From NCBI GenBank assembly GCA_045568075.1, contig JBJLBP010000001.1, positions 1,380,001-1,412,000 of the forward strand: DNA of 32,000 bases, read 5' to 3'. A program made the position numbers and the translations under genes. Below are positions 23,795-32,000 of the stretch, in pieces; position 1 is the first letter of the stretch, and each line of letters opens with the position of its first letter. The DNA comes from Candidatus Thalassarchaeaceae archaeon (lineage in GTDB: Archaea; Thermoplasmatota; Poseidoniia; Poseidoniales; Thalassarchaeaceae). Below the pieces are notes generated by a model. It was not told the origin of the DNA and did not search any database. It saw only the letters and a list, made by a program, of their open reading frames with translations.

Positions 23795-26599
23795 ATGGCC
23801 GAATCAGAGGATAATCCATCCAGCGACAAGAATGAGGATGAGATGGTCGGCTACCGGCAGCAGCCGGGAAAGTTGCCTTTCTCGAAACCTGGCTCTGGTG
23901 GTAAAAATCGGTTCTCGCAGCCGACTGATGCAGCGATGATTCCCAAGTCTCAAGGTGGTAAAAAGAGCCAGCCTTGGGGGTCACATCGCCACGATAAATT
24001 GGTCAGTGGCCAGATTATCGGTAAGCCAACTGCACTTGTGGACAGTCGCTGGAAGGTAACTGGGCAGGCTCACTATGGAGACGATGTGCGCCTGGCTGGC
24101 GAGCTGATTGGACGAATCATTCGCTCGCCGCATCATTATGCTCGAGTGCTAAGCATCGATTGCTCAAAAGCACTCGAATTGCCCGGCGTCGTAGCCATCG
24201 CTACAGGAGCCGATGCCGCCAATAAATTCGGAGTTCTGCCAGTCACCAAAGACGAGCATGCCATGGCAGTTGAGAAAGTCCGCCACGCTGGTGATCTCGT
24301 CGCTTGCGTGGCAGCCGAGGACGAAGCAACTGCACGCGAGGCCGAGCGTTTAATCGAAGTCGAATACGAAATCCTCGATTCAATTCACGATATGCGCCAC
24401 GGCCTCGATGATTCAGAAAATCCTATCCACGACCGTGGAAAGTATCACATCGGGGAGGCCAATGTTCAGAAGCGAGTTTTCCAGGAGTTCGGCGATATCG
24501 ATGGAATGGCTTCGAGTGCAGTCGCTAGTCACAAGCAAAATTGGTTGTTTGCGGGTGTGAATCATGCTGCGACTGAGCCTCATGCTGTGGTTGCTCACTG
24601 GGACCCATCGGGGCGATTGACGCTCTACACACCTCAACAAGTTCCTCACTATGTCCACAGAGCTTTGGCAGACGTACTCGAGATTCCTATGCATCAGATC
24701 AATGTGCACCGCACCTTTGTTGGTGGTGGGTTTGGAGGCAAGTCCGACCCATTTCCACATGAGATGTGTGCTGCTATTTTGGCGCGGAAATCTGGGCGTC
24801 CGGTGCGGATTTGCTTCGACCGCGAAGAAGTCTACTGGATTAATCGCGGTCGCCACCCCTCACGTATCGAAATGAATCTACACGCTGATTCAGAGGGGAG
24901 AATTTGTGGAATCGAAACTGATGCTCTGATTGATGGTGGTGCGTTCGCCTCATTTGGTCACGTTACAACCTATTACAACGGGGTGCTACACACCGCTCCA
25001 TACGAAATTGGAGCGTTCCATTACACAGGCGCTCGCGTTTGGACGAATAAACCGGCAAGCGGTGCAATGCGCGGTCATGGAGCTGTGAATTCGCGCTGCG
25101 CGGTTGAGACGGGGTTGGATGACCTATCCGAGAAACTCGCCGTCGATCCAATTACCCTAAGGTTGGCCAACTTGTTACCACCACACTCGGCGACAATAAC
25201 CGGCTTCCGCGTGACCAGTATCGGTATGCGCGAATGTCTTGAGCGAGTGAAAGAAGCCAGTGGCTGGGATGAAAAATTCCGTAAGATGCCACTGGGCAAA
25301 GGAATCGGCATTGGCTGTGGATTCTTCATCTCCGGCTCAGGCCTGCCGATTCATTGGGATCCGAACAAGTTCCCACATGCGACGGTGCACCTGAAAATCG
25401 ACATGGATGGTGGTGTCACCGTCCATACAGGCGCAGCGGAAATTGGCCAAGGCTCCGACACCGTCGTTGCCCAGTCCGTTGCCGAAGTCCTCGGACTTCC
25501 TCTCGACATGATTCGAATCAAATCCCGAGACTCCGACACATCACCCGTCGACCTCGGATCTTACTCATCTCGCGTTACTTTCATGAATGCAAACGCGGCG
25601 ATTTCTGCAGCCATGCAAATACGCGATGATCTGCTAGACGCAACCGTAGAAATCACAGGAGCCGACCGTGCGAAATTAGTCATCGGAGATAGGCGAATCT
25701 TCGCCAAAAACGACCCGGCAGTTGGAATCTCATACCTTGAGGCGCTCCACAAAGCGCAGGAAGACCGAGGAGCACTCATCGCATCGGGCGCATACAGAAC
25801 GCCACCAATGGGCCGAACCCACAAGGGTGCTGCCGCCGGCTTAGCGCCGGCTTACTCATTCTCAGCCTACGTTGCAGAGGTATCCGTAGACGTAGAAACC
25901 GGGCAAACAAAGGTGGAGAAAGTCTGGGCTGCCCACGATTGTGGAAAGGCTCTCAACCCACTCGCAGTTAAGGGGCAAATCATCGGCTCCTGTCACATGG
26001 GAATGGGGCAAGTTCTCAGCGAGGAAATGCGTTACGGTCGCAGTGGCCATCTGATGAATCCCGATCTTCTCGATTACAAGATTCCTAGCGTCCACGAAAT
26101 GCCAGAAGTCGTACCGATTATTGTTGAGTCAAACGACCCAGAAGGGCCGTTTGGGGCTAAGGAAGCGGGCGAAGGCCCACTTCTACCAATTCTGCCCGCT
26201 GTCTGTAATGCAGTGTATGATGCGGTGGGCGTGAGGACTGCTGAATTACCAATCACGCCCGATCGCATGCACAGATTAATCGAAAGGAAATGCAAGGCCG
26301 ATGGAGTCTCTGAGCCTCTCGACCTTGAAGCACCGCGGCTCGAGCACTCTGCTCTGCAGGATACTCTCGCCGCACGCGCTGCCGAGCATGCTGAACGAGA
26401 TCTCACTCGCAGGCTCGATGATGACCGCCAGCCTTACCACAATGGAGCGCTCTTCGGCCTCGACCCAACAATTCCTCCAGACGAGATAGACGAGCGCTGG
26501 GCGGTCAATGTGATTCCATCTGAAGAATACCTCACGGAACCACGGTTGGCCGGAAGCGCTTGGAAGCACACTGAGCGCCGACATCGAGGTGATGCCTGA
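23795..26599 (+). CDS. xanthine dehydrogenase-family molybdopterin-binding large subunit (CoxL/HcrA-like)
   Basis: 934 aa. a/b-hammerhead start IGKPTALVDSRWKVTGQAHYGDD, VGGGFGGKSD, GAMRGHG, and C-terminal FGAKEAGEGPLLPILPAVCNAVYDAVG with the catalytic Glu context. There are extra low-complexity extensions: about 75 aa N-terminal and about 100 aa C-terminal. Confidence 0.95.
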   Translation: MAESEDNPSSDKNEDEMVGYRQQPGKLPFSKPGSGGKNRFSQPTDAAMIPKSQGGKKSQPWGSHRHDKLVSGQIIGKPTALVDSRWKVTGQAHYGDDVRLAGELIGRIIRSPHHYARVLSIDCSKALELPGVVAIATGADAANKFGVLPVTKDEHAMAVEKVRHAGDLVACVAAEDEATAREAERLIEVEYEILDSIHDMRHGLDDSENPIHDRGKYHIGEANVQKRVFQEFGDIDGMASSAVASHKQNWLFAGVNHAATEPHAVVAHWDPSGRLTLYTPQQVPHYVHRALADVLEIPMHQINVHRTFVGGGFGGKSDPFPHEMCAAILARKSGRPVRICFDREEVYWINRGRHPSRIEMNLHADSEGRICGIETDALIDGGAFASFGHVTTYYNGVLHTAPYEIGAFHYTGARVWTNKPASGAMRGHGAVNSRCAVETGLDDLSEKLAVDPITLRLANLLPPHSATITGFRVTSIGMRECLERVKEASGWDEKFRKMPLGKGIGIGCGFFISGSGLPIHWDPNKFPHATVHLKIDMDGGVTVHTGAAEIGQGSDTVVAQSVAEVLGLPLDMIRIKSRDSDTSPVDLGSYSSRVTFMNANAAISAAMQIRDDLLDATVEITGADRAKLVIGDRRIFAKNDPAVGISYLEALHKAQEDRGALIASGAYRTPPMGRTHKGAAAGLAPAYSFSAYVAEVSVDVETGQTKVEKVWAAHDCGKALNPLAVKGQIIGSCHMGMGQVLSEEMRYGRSGHLMNPDLLDYKIPSVHEMPEVVPIIVESNDPEGPFGAKEAGEGPLLPILPAVCNAVYDAVGVRTAELPITPDRMHRLIERKCKADGVSEPLDLEAPRLEHSALQDTLAARAAEHAERDLTRRLDDDRQPYHNGALFGLDPTIPPDEIDERWAVNVIPSEEYLTEPRLAGSAWKHTERRHRGDA

Positions 26600-27588
26600 T
26601 GCGCACACCACCATTCGAGTTGCACACTCCCAAGAACCTCGAAGAGGCTCTCACCACAGCAGGTGAGTTGGCCGACGCTGGCCAAGACTTCGACTGGATC
26701 GCCGGCGGAACTGACCTGCTGCCCAATTACAAGTGGCACATCAACGTCAAACCACACGTGATTTCTCTGGCCAAAGTCAGTGAACTCACCGAGCTCAATC
26801 CAAACCATATCGGCGCAATGGTCAGACTACATGACCTAGTCAAGTCAGAACACACACACCCAGTTCTCGCCAAAGCCGCCGACTCAATCGCCAGCGTACT
26901 CATCCGCCGCTCTGGAACCGTCGGTGGCAACATCTGCCTCGACACCCGATGCTATTGGTTCAACCAGACCGAGCAGTGGAGAGAATCGATTGACTGGTGC
27001 TACAAATGCGACTGTGGGACGGGGGCCGACTGCCGCGTCATACCAAACCAGAATACACTCTGCGTCGCCACCTACCAAGCCGACCTCGCACCAGTCCTGA
27101 TGTGCCTAGGTGCAACCATTCACCTCGCTTCACCGGACGGCAAACGTTCGATGCCACTAAGCGAATTTTTCCAACTCGACGGGATAACCCGCAATGTGCT
27201 GAAACCCGGCGAGTTGGTCACTCACCTGAGTCTACCCGATGATTCAGGTGAGTGGCAAGGTGATTACCAGAAGTTGAGGCAGCGCGAATCCTGGGATTTC
27301 CCAGAAGCAGGCGTGGCGGTGCTGTGGAAGCGAAATGGTGAGTCAAAACCTGCTGATCTCAGAGTTGCAACGACAGGACTCGAATCGATTCCTGGATTTC
27401 ATACGGAAGAAGCCGAATCGGCCTTGGCTGACTGGAATGGAAAGGAATCCGTCAATGCGATGGCCGAAGCAATTCGAAAAGCCGTCAAACCTGTTCAAAA
27501 CACGTGGTACGCCCCTTCCTATAGGAGAAAGATGGTGAAGGTCCTAACGCGTAGGGCGTGTGCAGGGATGCTGAGGTCAGGCGAATGA
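26599..27588 (+). CDS. xanthine dehydrogenase-family FAD-binding medium subunit with Cys-rich insertion (HcrB-like)
   Basis: The ATG overlaps the large-subunit stop (TGATG). FAD_binding_5 pattern DWIAGGTDLLPNYK and RRSGTVGGNI. Insertion CLDTRCYWFNQTEQWRESIDWCYKCDCGTGADCRVIPNQNTLC lies at 26935-27063. Confidence 0.9.
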   Translation: MRTPPFELHTPKNLEEALTTAGELADAGQDFDWIAGGTDLLPNYKWHINVKPHVISLAKVSELTELNPNHIGAMVRLHDLVKSEHTHPVLAKAADSIASVLIRRSGTVGGNICLDTRCYWFNQTEQWRESIDWCYKCDCGTGADCRVIPNQNTLCVATYQADLAPVLMCLGATIHLASPDGKRSMPLSEFFQLDGITRNVLKPGELVTHLSLPDDSGEWQGDYQKLRQRESWDFPEAGVAVLWKRNGESKPADLRVATTGLESIPGFHTEEAESALADWNGKESVNAMAEAIRKAVKPVQNTWYAPSYRRKMVKVLTRRACAGMLRSGE

Positions 27589-28517
27589 AGTCGAGAATCA
27601 TGGTTCTAAGCGTCATCGCCATGATGCTATTACCGGGGCTCCCAAGCGTTGTTGCTCAGCCGAACATTGGAAACTGGGAACTCGGTATTGATTATCCAAA
27701 AGAAGATGATTCGAATCCCTTTACTGTCAGTAATGGAGGGAATGCAATAATCAATTTCTGGGTTGCCAATGATGGACTGTTCAACATCAAAGTGACTTTC
27801 GAATACGAAGTTCCCTGGGATGCCCAATTCTCAGGACCAGAATCAGTGACTATAGGTCCAGGTGCAAATAGCTCGATTTCATTGATGATTGCTGGCATCG
27901 ATGTCTTTTCGATCGATGCTATGACCAAGGATTCATTCACAATCACCGCTAACCTCGAAGAGCGTAATGGAATTCCTGCTGTGATTCCTGAGACTCAAGA
28001 AAAAACTGGCGACCTTGAGATTCCAGAGATTTTCCAACTTAACGTGGATATCGCTGACGCAGTGGGGTCAATCAATGCAGGAACCGATACAGTTCTGAGA
28101 GTCACTGTTACCAACAGAGGTAATGCCCGTGACAAAATTCGAGAGATTGAAATTAGCGATGACTGCCCTCTGCTGACCACGAACGAAGGACTCGATGTTC
28201 TTCTTTCCCGAAACATCGAGAAGGGTGCTTCGACTACGGCTGACCTTGAGGTGATGGTTTCAGAAAGCCATCCGAAGCGGAATTGTCGTATCGAGGTTAC
28301 AATTGCTTCAGAAGGAGCGGATGGTGCACAACTCTCGACTGACTTCACTAGAGTCAATGTCGAACCACCTCCGACCCAGAATAATGATCCTGATGAACCA
28401 GGAGACTCGAATGACCCTGTCGAAGTGGTCACTTCGAACCTTCCTGCCCCTGGTCTAAGCGTTATTTTCAGTATCCTAATCGGCGCGTTAATCGCACGCA
28501 CCTCACGACGCTTCTGA
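27585..28517 (+). CDS. secreted cell-surface protein with two beta-sandwich (CARDB-like) regions and a PGF-CTERM-like anchor
   Basis: Start at the ATG at 27585, which overlaps the upstream stop (ATGA) and is preceded by GAGGT. Signal peptide MKSRIMVLSVIAMMLLPGLPSVVAQP. VTVTNRGNARD-type strand motif. Pro/Asp/Asn linker followed by LPAPGLSVIFSILIGALIARTSRRF at the C-terminus. Confidence 0.65.
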   Translation: MKSRIMVLSVIAMMLLPGLPSVVAQPNIGNWELGIDYPKEDDSNPFTVSNGGNAIINFWVANDGLFNIKVTFEYEVPWDAQFSGPESVTIGPGANSSISLMIAGIDVFSIDAMTKDSFTITANLEERNGIPAVIPETQEKTGDLEIPEIFQLNVDIADAVGSINAGTDTVLRVTVTNRGNARDKIREIEISDDCPLLTTNEGLDVLLSRNIEKGASTTADLEVMVSESHPKRNCRIEVTIASEGADGAQLSTDFTRVNVEPPPTQNNDPDEPGDSNDPVEVVTSNLPAPGLSVIFSILIGALIARTSRRF

Positions 28518-28706
28518 AATGGCTAAGTGAACCGGTATCCGAGGTATGTTTTCACCGCACTGGGATGGTGCAGAATAAGCATCGAGACCCTCTGTTTTCC
28601 CATTCTAAAGGTGCCCTGTAATCAACAACATATATCTGTGAAATGAGGTTGGCGTCGAAGCGTAGGGTACCCAGCGTACGCTAATGTTGTGAAGAAGGGA
28701 ATTACA

Positions 28707-30299
28707 ATGGCTGGTGAAAATTCCGAGGATGCCAATTTCACCAACATCGTAGTGGGCTCTCTAGCGACTACTCTCGTCCTCCTTCTTATCCTCCCAATGA
28801 TCTTCGTAGCGGGCAAGGCTACGTACTATTCAGCGTATACAGATGATGGAAGTGGAGAAGTGGGCGCTCTAGCTCAAGTCACCGATATGCGCGAATCGAT
28901 GGCAGACGACGAGGGCTACTTCATCGCCAACACAATGTCGACTCCTATGCTAGTCAATGACTGGAAAGATCCGCACCGAACAGCTCTGATGATCATCGGT
29001 CCTGAGAAGCCAATCGCTGAGACCGAAGCCGACGCGATTTACGACTTCGTGACCGAGAAGGGAGGAAAGGTGATCGTCGCAGCAGACGGGACCAATGCTA
29101 ACCGCCTAGCCGAGAAATTCGGCGTGACATTCTTCGACGCTCCTCTAAACGATGAAAATCAGTTCTGGCTCGAATACGAGAACGGAGAGGCGATTCGTGG
29201 ATCGTGGTTGAACGTCTGGGGTCTGGCAGCCATCTCAGAAGATGTCAACGAAATGCCTCCAGCATACCTCAGGCAGGGATGCGTAGATACAGACGTGCTT
29301 GATGAGAACCGGCGCAATTGCCGTCTACCAGTGATGTTCCGCTCTCCTACTGGAATGAAGTATGAACCGCTCCCGATGGACACCACCCATCCAAATCACC
29401 GTGATGTCAGTATTCTCGCTACAGCCTCTTCATCCGCCTTCATCGATGTGCAGGACAATGGACGAGCAGATGACCCAAAGAATCCCGCTCCAGGTGACCT
29501 CTCACTCATCATCCGGATCGATTACCCTAACATCACCGCCTTCGACCAAGTCACCTCAGGTTCTGGAGGATTAGTTGGAGGTAATACGCGTGAGCTAGCG
29601 GTGACTGGAAGTATCGTATTCGTCTCCGATGAGGAAGCATTCTCAAACCGATTATGGAGCCTTGATGTCGCTCTAGAACACCAAATGAGTTCATCGTGTG
29701 AACAGCACACAGATCACTGCTGGCTCGATGTCACTCGCGAGTCATACTGGGAAGGGAATGAGAATTACTTCTCGCTCTTGATCGACGATATGATGGAGCA
29801 TGATAACAAGAAACTCGCCAAGTCCATCAGGGATGACAAGGGACAGTTCCAAGTCGTCTTTGATGAGAGCCGACACGTGACTGGGATCATCTCCGCTCCA
29901 TTCGTCGAGGCCATGGGAACAGTTGTGCTTCTGACCTCGAATACCTTCCTCAAGTGGCTGGTAGTCCTCAATGTAGGTCTCTTACTTCTCGTAGCGATGA
30001 TGGTGGTTCCAGAGAAGGAAAACTGGAGGCATGTCTTCGACCTCACGCGTTTCAAGGAGCGCCCTCAGAAATTGGACCCAAGCACCTATCGAAAACGCGT
30101 GCAACAAGCACTATTCACTAAGGTCAGAGTACATTACGACCTAACTAGAGATCAGATGGCTATCAAACCGCCAGCTGAAATCCAGACGATGATTGGAGAT
30201 CCCCGACTCGTCGAACTGGCATATAGTCAGAGCAGAAAATACACTCCCCAAGAATTGCGACAGCTGATGGTTGCGATTCGACGTTGGGGTAAGAACTGA
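28707..30299 (+). CDS. bitopic membrane protein, DUF4350-like partner of MoxR/DUF58 operons
   Basis: ATG at 28707 (the listed 28689 start is a GTG). N-terminal TM VVGSLATTLVLLLILPMIFVAG and a second TM near residue 400. TALMIIGPEKPIAETEADAIYDFVTEKGGKVIVAADG resembles the DUF4350 core. The position upstream of moxR fits that family's usual context. The assignment is from memory. Confidence 0.55.
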   Translation: MAGENSEDANFTNIVVGSLATTLVLLLILPMIFVAGKATYYSAYTDDGSGEVGALAQVTDMRESMADDEGYFIANTMSTPMLVNDWKDPHRTALMIIGPEKPIAETEADAIYDFVTEKGGKVIVAADGTNANRLAEKFGVTFFDAPLNDENQFWLEYENGEAIRGSWLNVWGLAAISEDVNEMPPAYLRQGCVDTDVLDENRRNCRLPVMFRSPTGMKYEPLPMDTTHPNHRDVSILATASSSAFIDVQDNGRADDPKNPAPGDLSLIIRIDYPNITAFDQVTSGSGGLVGGNTRELAVTGSIVFVSDEEAFSNRLWSLDVALEHQMSSSCEQHTDHCWLDVTRESYWEGNENYFSLLIDDMMEHDNKKLAKSIRDDKGQFQVVFDESRHVTGIISAPFVEAMGTVVLLTSNTFLKWLVVLNVGLLLLVAMMVVPEKENWRHVFDLTRFKERPQKLDPSTYRKRVQQALFTKVRVHYDLTRDQMAIKPPAEIQTMIGDPRLVELAYSQSRKYTPQELRQLMVAIRRWGKN

Positions 30300-30322
30300 A
30301 GAAAAAAAATGGAGAGAAAAAA

Positions 30323-31330
30323 ATGACTGAAGAAAAAGCAGCGACTAAGAAGAAGGCCGCAGGCGGTACAAAGAAGGTGAGCGATAAGCTCGCTGCCGTC
30401 GGTGCGATCGGACAAGCGATCGGTACCGAAGTGCAGAAGGTGATCATTGGAAAGAGCCACGTTATCGACAATGTGATGATCAACATCCTGTCCAACGGTA
30501 ACCTCCTGTTCGAAGATTACCCTGGCCTTGCAAAGACCCTAATGACGAATACGTTCGCCGATGCTCTCGGCTGCGACTTCAAGCGTGTACAATTCACGCC
30601 TGACTTGTTGCCAGCGGACATCACTGGAACGAATATCTACGATGCGAAGAAGGGAGAATTCTCCTTCAAGCCTGGACCGATATTCTGCAACCTGCTCCTG
30701 TCTGACGAGATTAACCGTGCGCCACCGAAGACGCAAGCGGCTCTGCTCGAAGCCATGCAGGAGTACCAAGTGACCATCGGAACCGTCACCCACAAACTCC
30801 CAGCACCGTTCCTTACAATGGCGACACAGAACCCTGTCGAACAGGAAGGTACCTACCCACTACCAGAAGCTCAACTTGACCGATTCATGTTCAAGATGAG
30901 CGTTGGTTACCCAGACCGTGCGGATGAGGACGAGATCCTCGCTCGACGTATCGCCCGAAAGAAGGACGCAGTCGAAGTCGAGGTCATCACTGACCCAGCC
31001 CGTGTGGTAGCAATGCAGCAAGCCATCGAGGATGTTTACGTCGACCCCGCTGTACGCATGTACATGGTCGAGATTGTCTCGAGAACCCGTGAAGATCCAC
31101 GTGTCCTCGTAGGTTCCTCACCACGTGGTTCACAGGCTCTACTGAAGACGAGCCGATCCGCAGCAGCAATGCGCGGACGAGACTTCGTCACACCGGACGA
31201 TGTGAAGTCGATTGCAACCCTCGCGGTTGCTCACCGATTGATCCTCAAGCCCGAGCACCAAATCAAGGGACTCGAGAATGACGAAGTCATCTCGGACATC
31301 CTGCGCCAGGTGCCAGTGCCAACGGTGTGA
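30323..31330 (+). CDS. moxR: MoxR-family AAA+ ATPase
   Basis: 335 aa. Walker A-region EDYPGLAKT, Walker B LLSDEINRAPPKTQAALLEAMQE, QNPVEQEGTYPLPEAQLDRF, and C-terminal GSSPRGSQALL. It has a Lys-rich N-terminal extension of about 30 aa. Confidence 0.95.
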   Translation: MTEEKAATKKKAAGGTKKVSDKLAAVGAIGQAIGTEVQKVIIGKSHVIDNVMINILSNGNLLFEDYPGLAKTLMTNTFADALGCDFKRVQFTPDLLPADITGTNIYDAKKGEFSFKPGPIFCNLLLSDEINRAPPKTQAALLEAMQEYQVTIGTVTHKLPAPFLTMATQNPVEQEGTYPLPEAQLDRFMFKMSVGYPDRADEDEILARRIARKKDAVEVEVITDPARVVAMQQAIEDVYVDPAVRMYMVEIVSRTREDPRVLVGSSPRGSQALLKTSRSAAAMRGRDFVTPDDVKSIATLAVAHRLILKPEHQIKGLENDEVISDILRQVPVPTV

Positions 31331-31368
31331 GACTGAAGGACTGACTGAACATAAGGAGGTGAGAGCCA

Positions 31369-32000
31369 ATGGCATGGAGCAGGAAATCAGCCATGTTCGC
31401 AGCGCTGGCGATAGCGTTGTACCTGCTCGGGCTGGTGCTGAGAAATCAGCAACTGGTCACCGTTGCCGTAGTTCTACTCTCTTTCCTGACCTATGCGGCC
31501 TTCCGCACTACTCACGCCGATGTCGCTTCTAGCGGCAGGCGTCTAGAAGATGCGGAAGCAGATGCAGGCATCCAGTTACAATCGATTGTCGCTATGCGAA
31601 AACTCTCATCAGCGAGAGTTTTCGAAGACGGCGAAATCGACGTTGTTCTCAGAATCCAGAACCGATCAAATCTCTCCAAGGTTCTGGAAGTGAGAGATAG
31701 GGTGCCAGAAGTCATGCGAATCAAGAAGGGTGCAAATTACGTCTTGATGGAACTCGGAGGTCGTAAAGAGACCGAGATTTCCTACACTATCGAGGCCCCT
31801 CTCCGTGGATTCTACACGATTGGACCTGTCTGCGTACGTGTACAGGATGCATTCGGTCTATTCCACAACGAGCGTGAGATTCACCTGTACGATGATTTCC
31901 TCGTCTTCCCAAAGATGGAGGATATCAAGGACGCACTCATCAAGAGTCGCGTTCCAAAGATCTTCACCGGTGCGGTCAACATTCGTAATCCAGGTGAAGG
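31369..32000 (+). CDS. DUF58-family protein (3' end outside the window)
   Basis: This ORF is absent from the supplied track because it has no stop in the window. ATG at 31369 is preceded by AAGGAGGTGA. My translation gives an N-terminal TM pair (MFAALAIALYLLGLVL, VTVAVVLLSFLTYAAF), then PLRGFYTIGPVCVRVQDAFGLF...LVFPK, the typical DUF58 core that follows MoxR genes. Confidence 0.8.
   Translation, partial: MAWSRKSAMFAALAIALYLLGLVLRNQQLVTVAVVLLSFLTYAAFRTTHADVASSGRRLEDAEADAGIQLQSIVAMRKLSSARVFEDGEIDVVLRIQNRSNLSKVLEVRDRVPEVMRIKKGANYVLMELGGRKETEISYTIEAPLRGFYTIGPVCVRVQDAFGLFHNEREIHLYDDFLVFPKMEDIKDALIKSRVPKIFTGAVNIRNPGE

Noticed and set aside
27995-28501. 168-aa antisense ORF. Similar long antisense ORFs occur at 24413..24856, 3839..4309, 6678..7106, 11659..12048 and 13483..13896.
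   Set aside because: All lie entirely inside well-supported genes on the opposite strand. They have Ser/Arg/Pro-rich low-complexity translations typical of shadow ORFs in moderately GC-rich DNA.
28518-28706. 189-bp gap before the DUF4350-like gene, checked for a tRNA or small RNA
   Set aside because: It has no T-loop (GGTTCGAATCC-like) or acceptor-stem pairing. It holds only short palindromes (GGGTACCC) and a TATA-like CATATATC. It is most simply a promoter region.
27585-32000. The MoxR/DUF58 module considered as a phage-defence or mobile island
   Set aside because: There are no nucleases, integrases, flanking repeats or tRNA targets. MoxR-DUF58 operons are common housekeeping-type modules. 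Nothing in the sequence supports mobility or immunity.

Overview
Gene-dense (roughly 90% coding) chromosomal segment with about 28 protein-coding genes. I found no rRNA, tRNA, CRISPR array, transposase or integrase. By inference, the gene content points to a planktonic heterotrophic euryarchaeon, possibly Marine Group II-like: it has archaeal RibL, RibB and short RibH, an HTH_10 (Bat-type) regulator, a PGF-CTERM-like surface protein, several membrane-anchored subtilases and an acyl-CoA dehydrogenase. Gene order, left to right: tail of an unknown protein and a carboxylesterase. On the minus strand, a GHMP sugar kinase, a 1237-aa subtilase fused to an AmpG-type MFS permease, and a glutaredoxin. 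Then a ribB-ribL-ribE-ribH riboflavin/FAD operon, trxB, and a MoeB/ThiF-rhodanese E1-like enzyme. A 266-bp intergenic region carries six phased copies of an AATWGTGGTGAAA motif. After it come a fused 2-oxoacid dehydrogenase E1 alpha-beta with an N-terminal zinc-ribbon extension, a Ca2+/cation antiporter and an acyl-CoA dehydrogenase. Next is a molybdenum-cofactor enzyme island: S8 protease, MocA-like transferase, a permease with a duplicated PGCG motif, XdhC, an S8 lipoprotein, an HTH_10 regulator, and a three-subunit xanthine-dehydrogenase-family enzyme in hcrCAB order whose FAD subunit has a Cys-rich insertion. The window ends with a surface protein, a DUF4350-like membrane protein, MoxR and DUF58. 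The most unusual items are the protease-permease fusion, the phased intergenic motif array, the HcrB-like Fe-S insertion, the zinc-ribbon-E1 fusion, and the tight coupling of secreted proteins to cytoplasmic Moco-enzyme genes. All family assignments come from motif recognition by eye; no database search was run.
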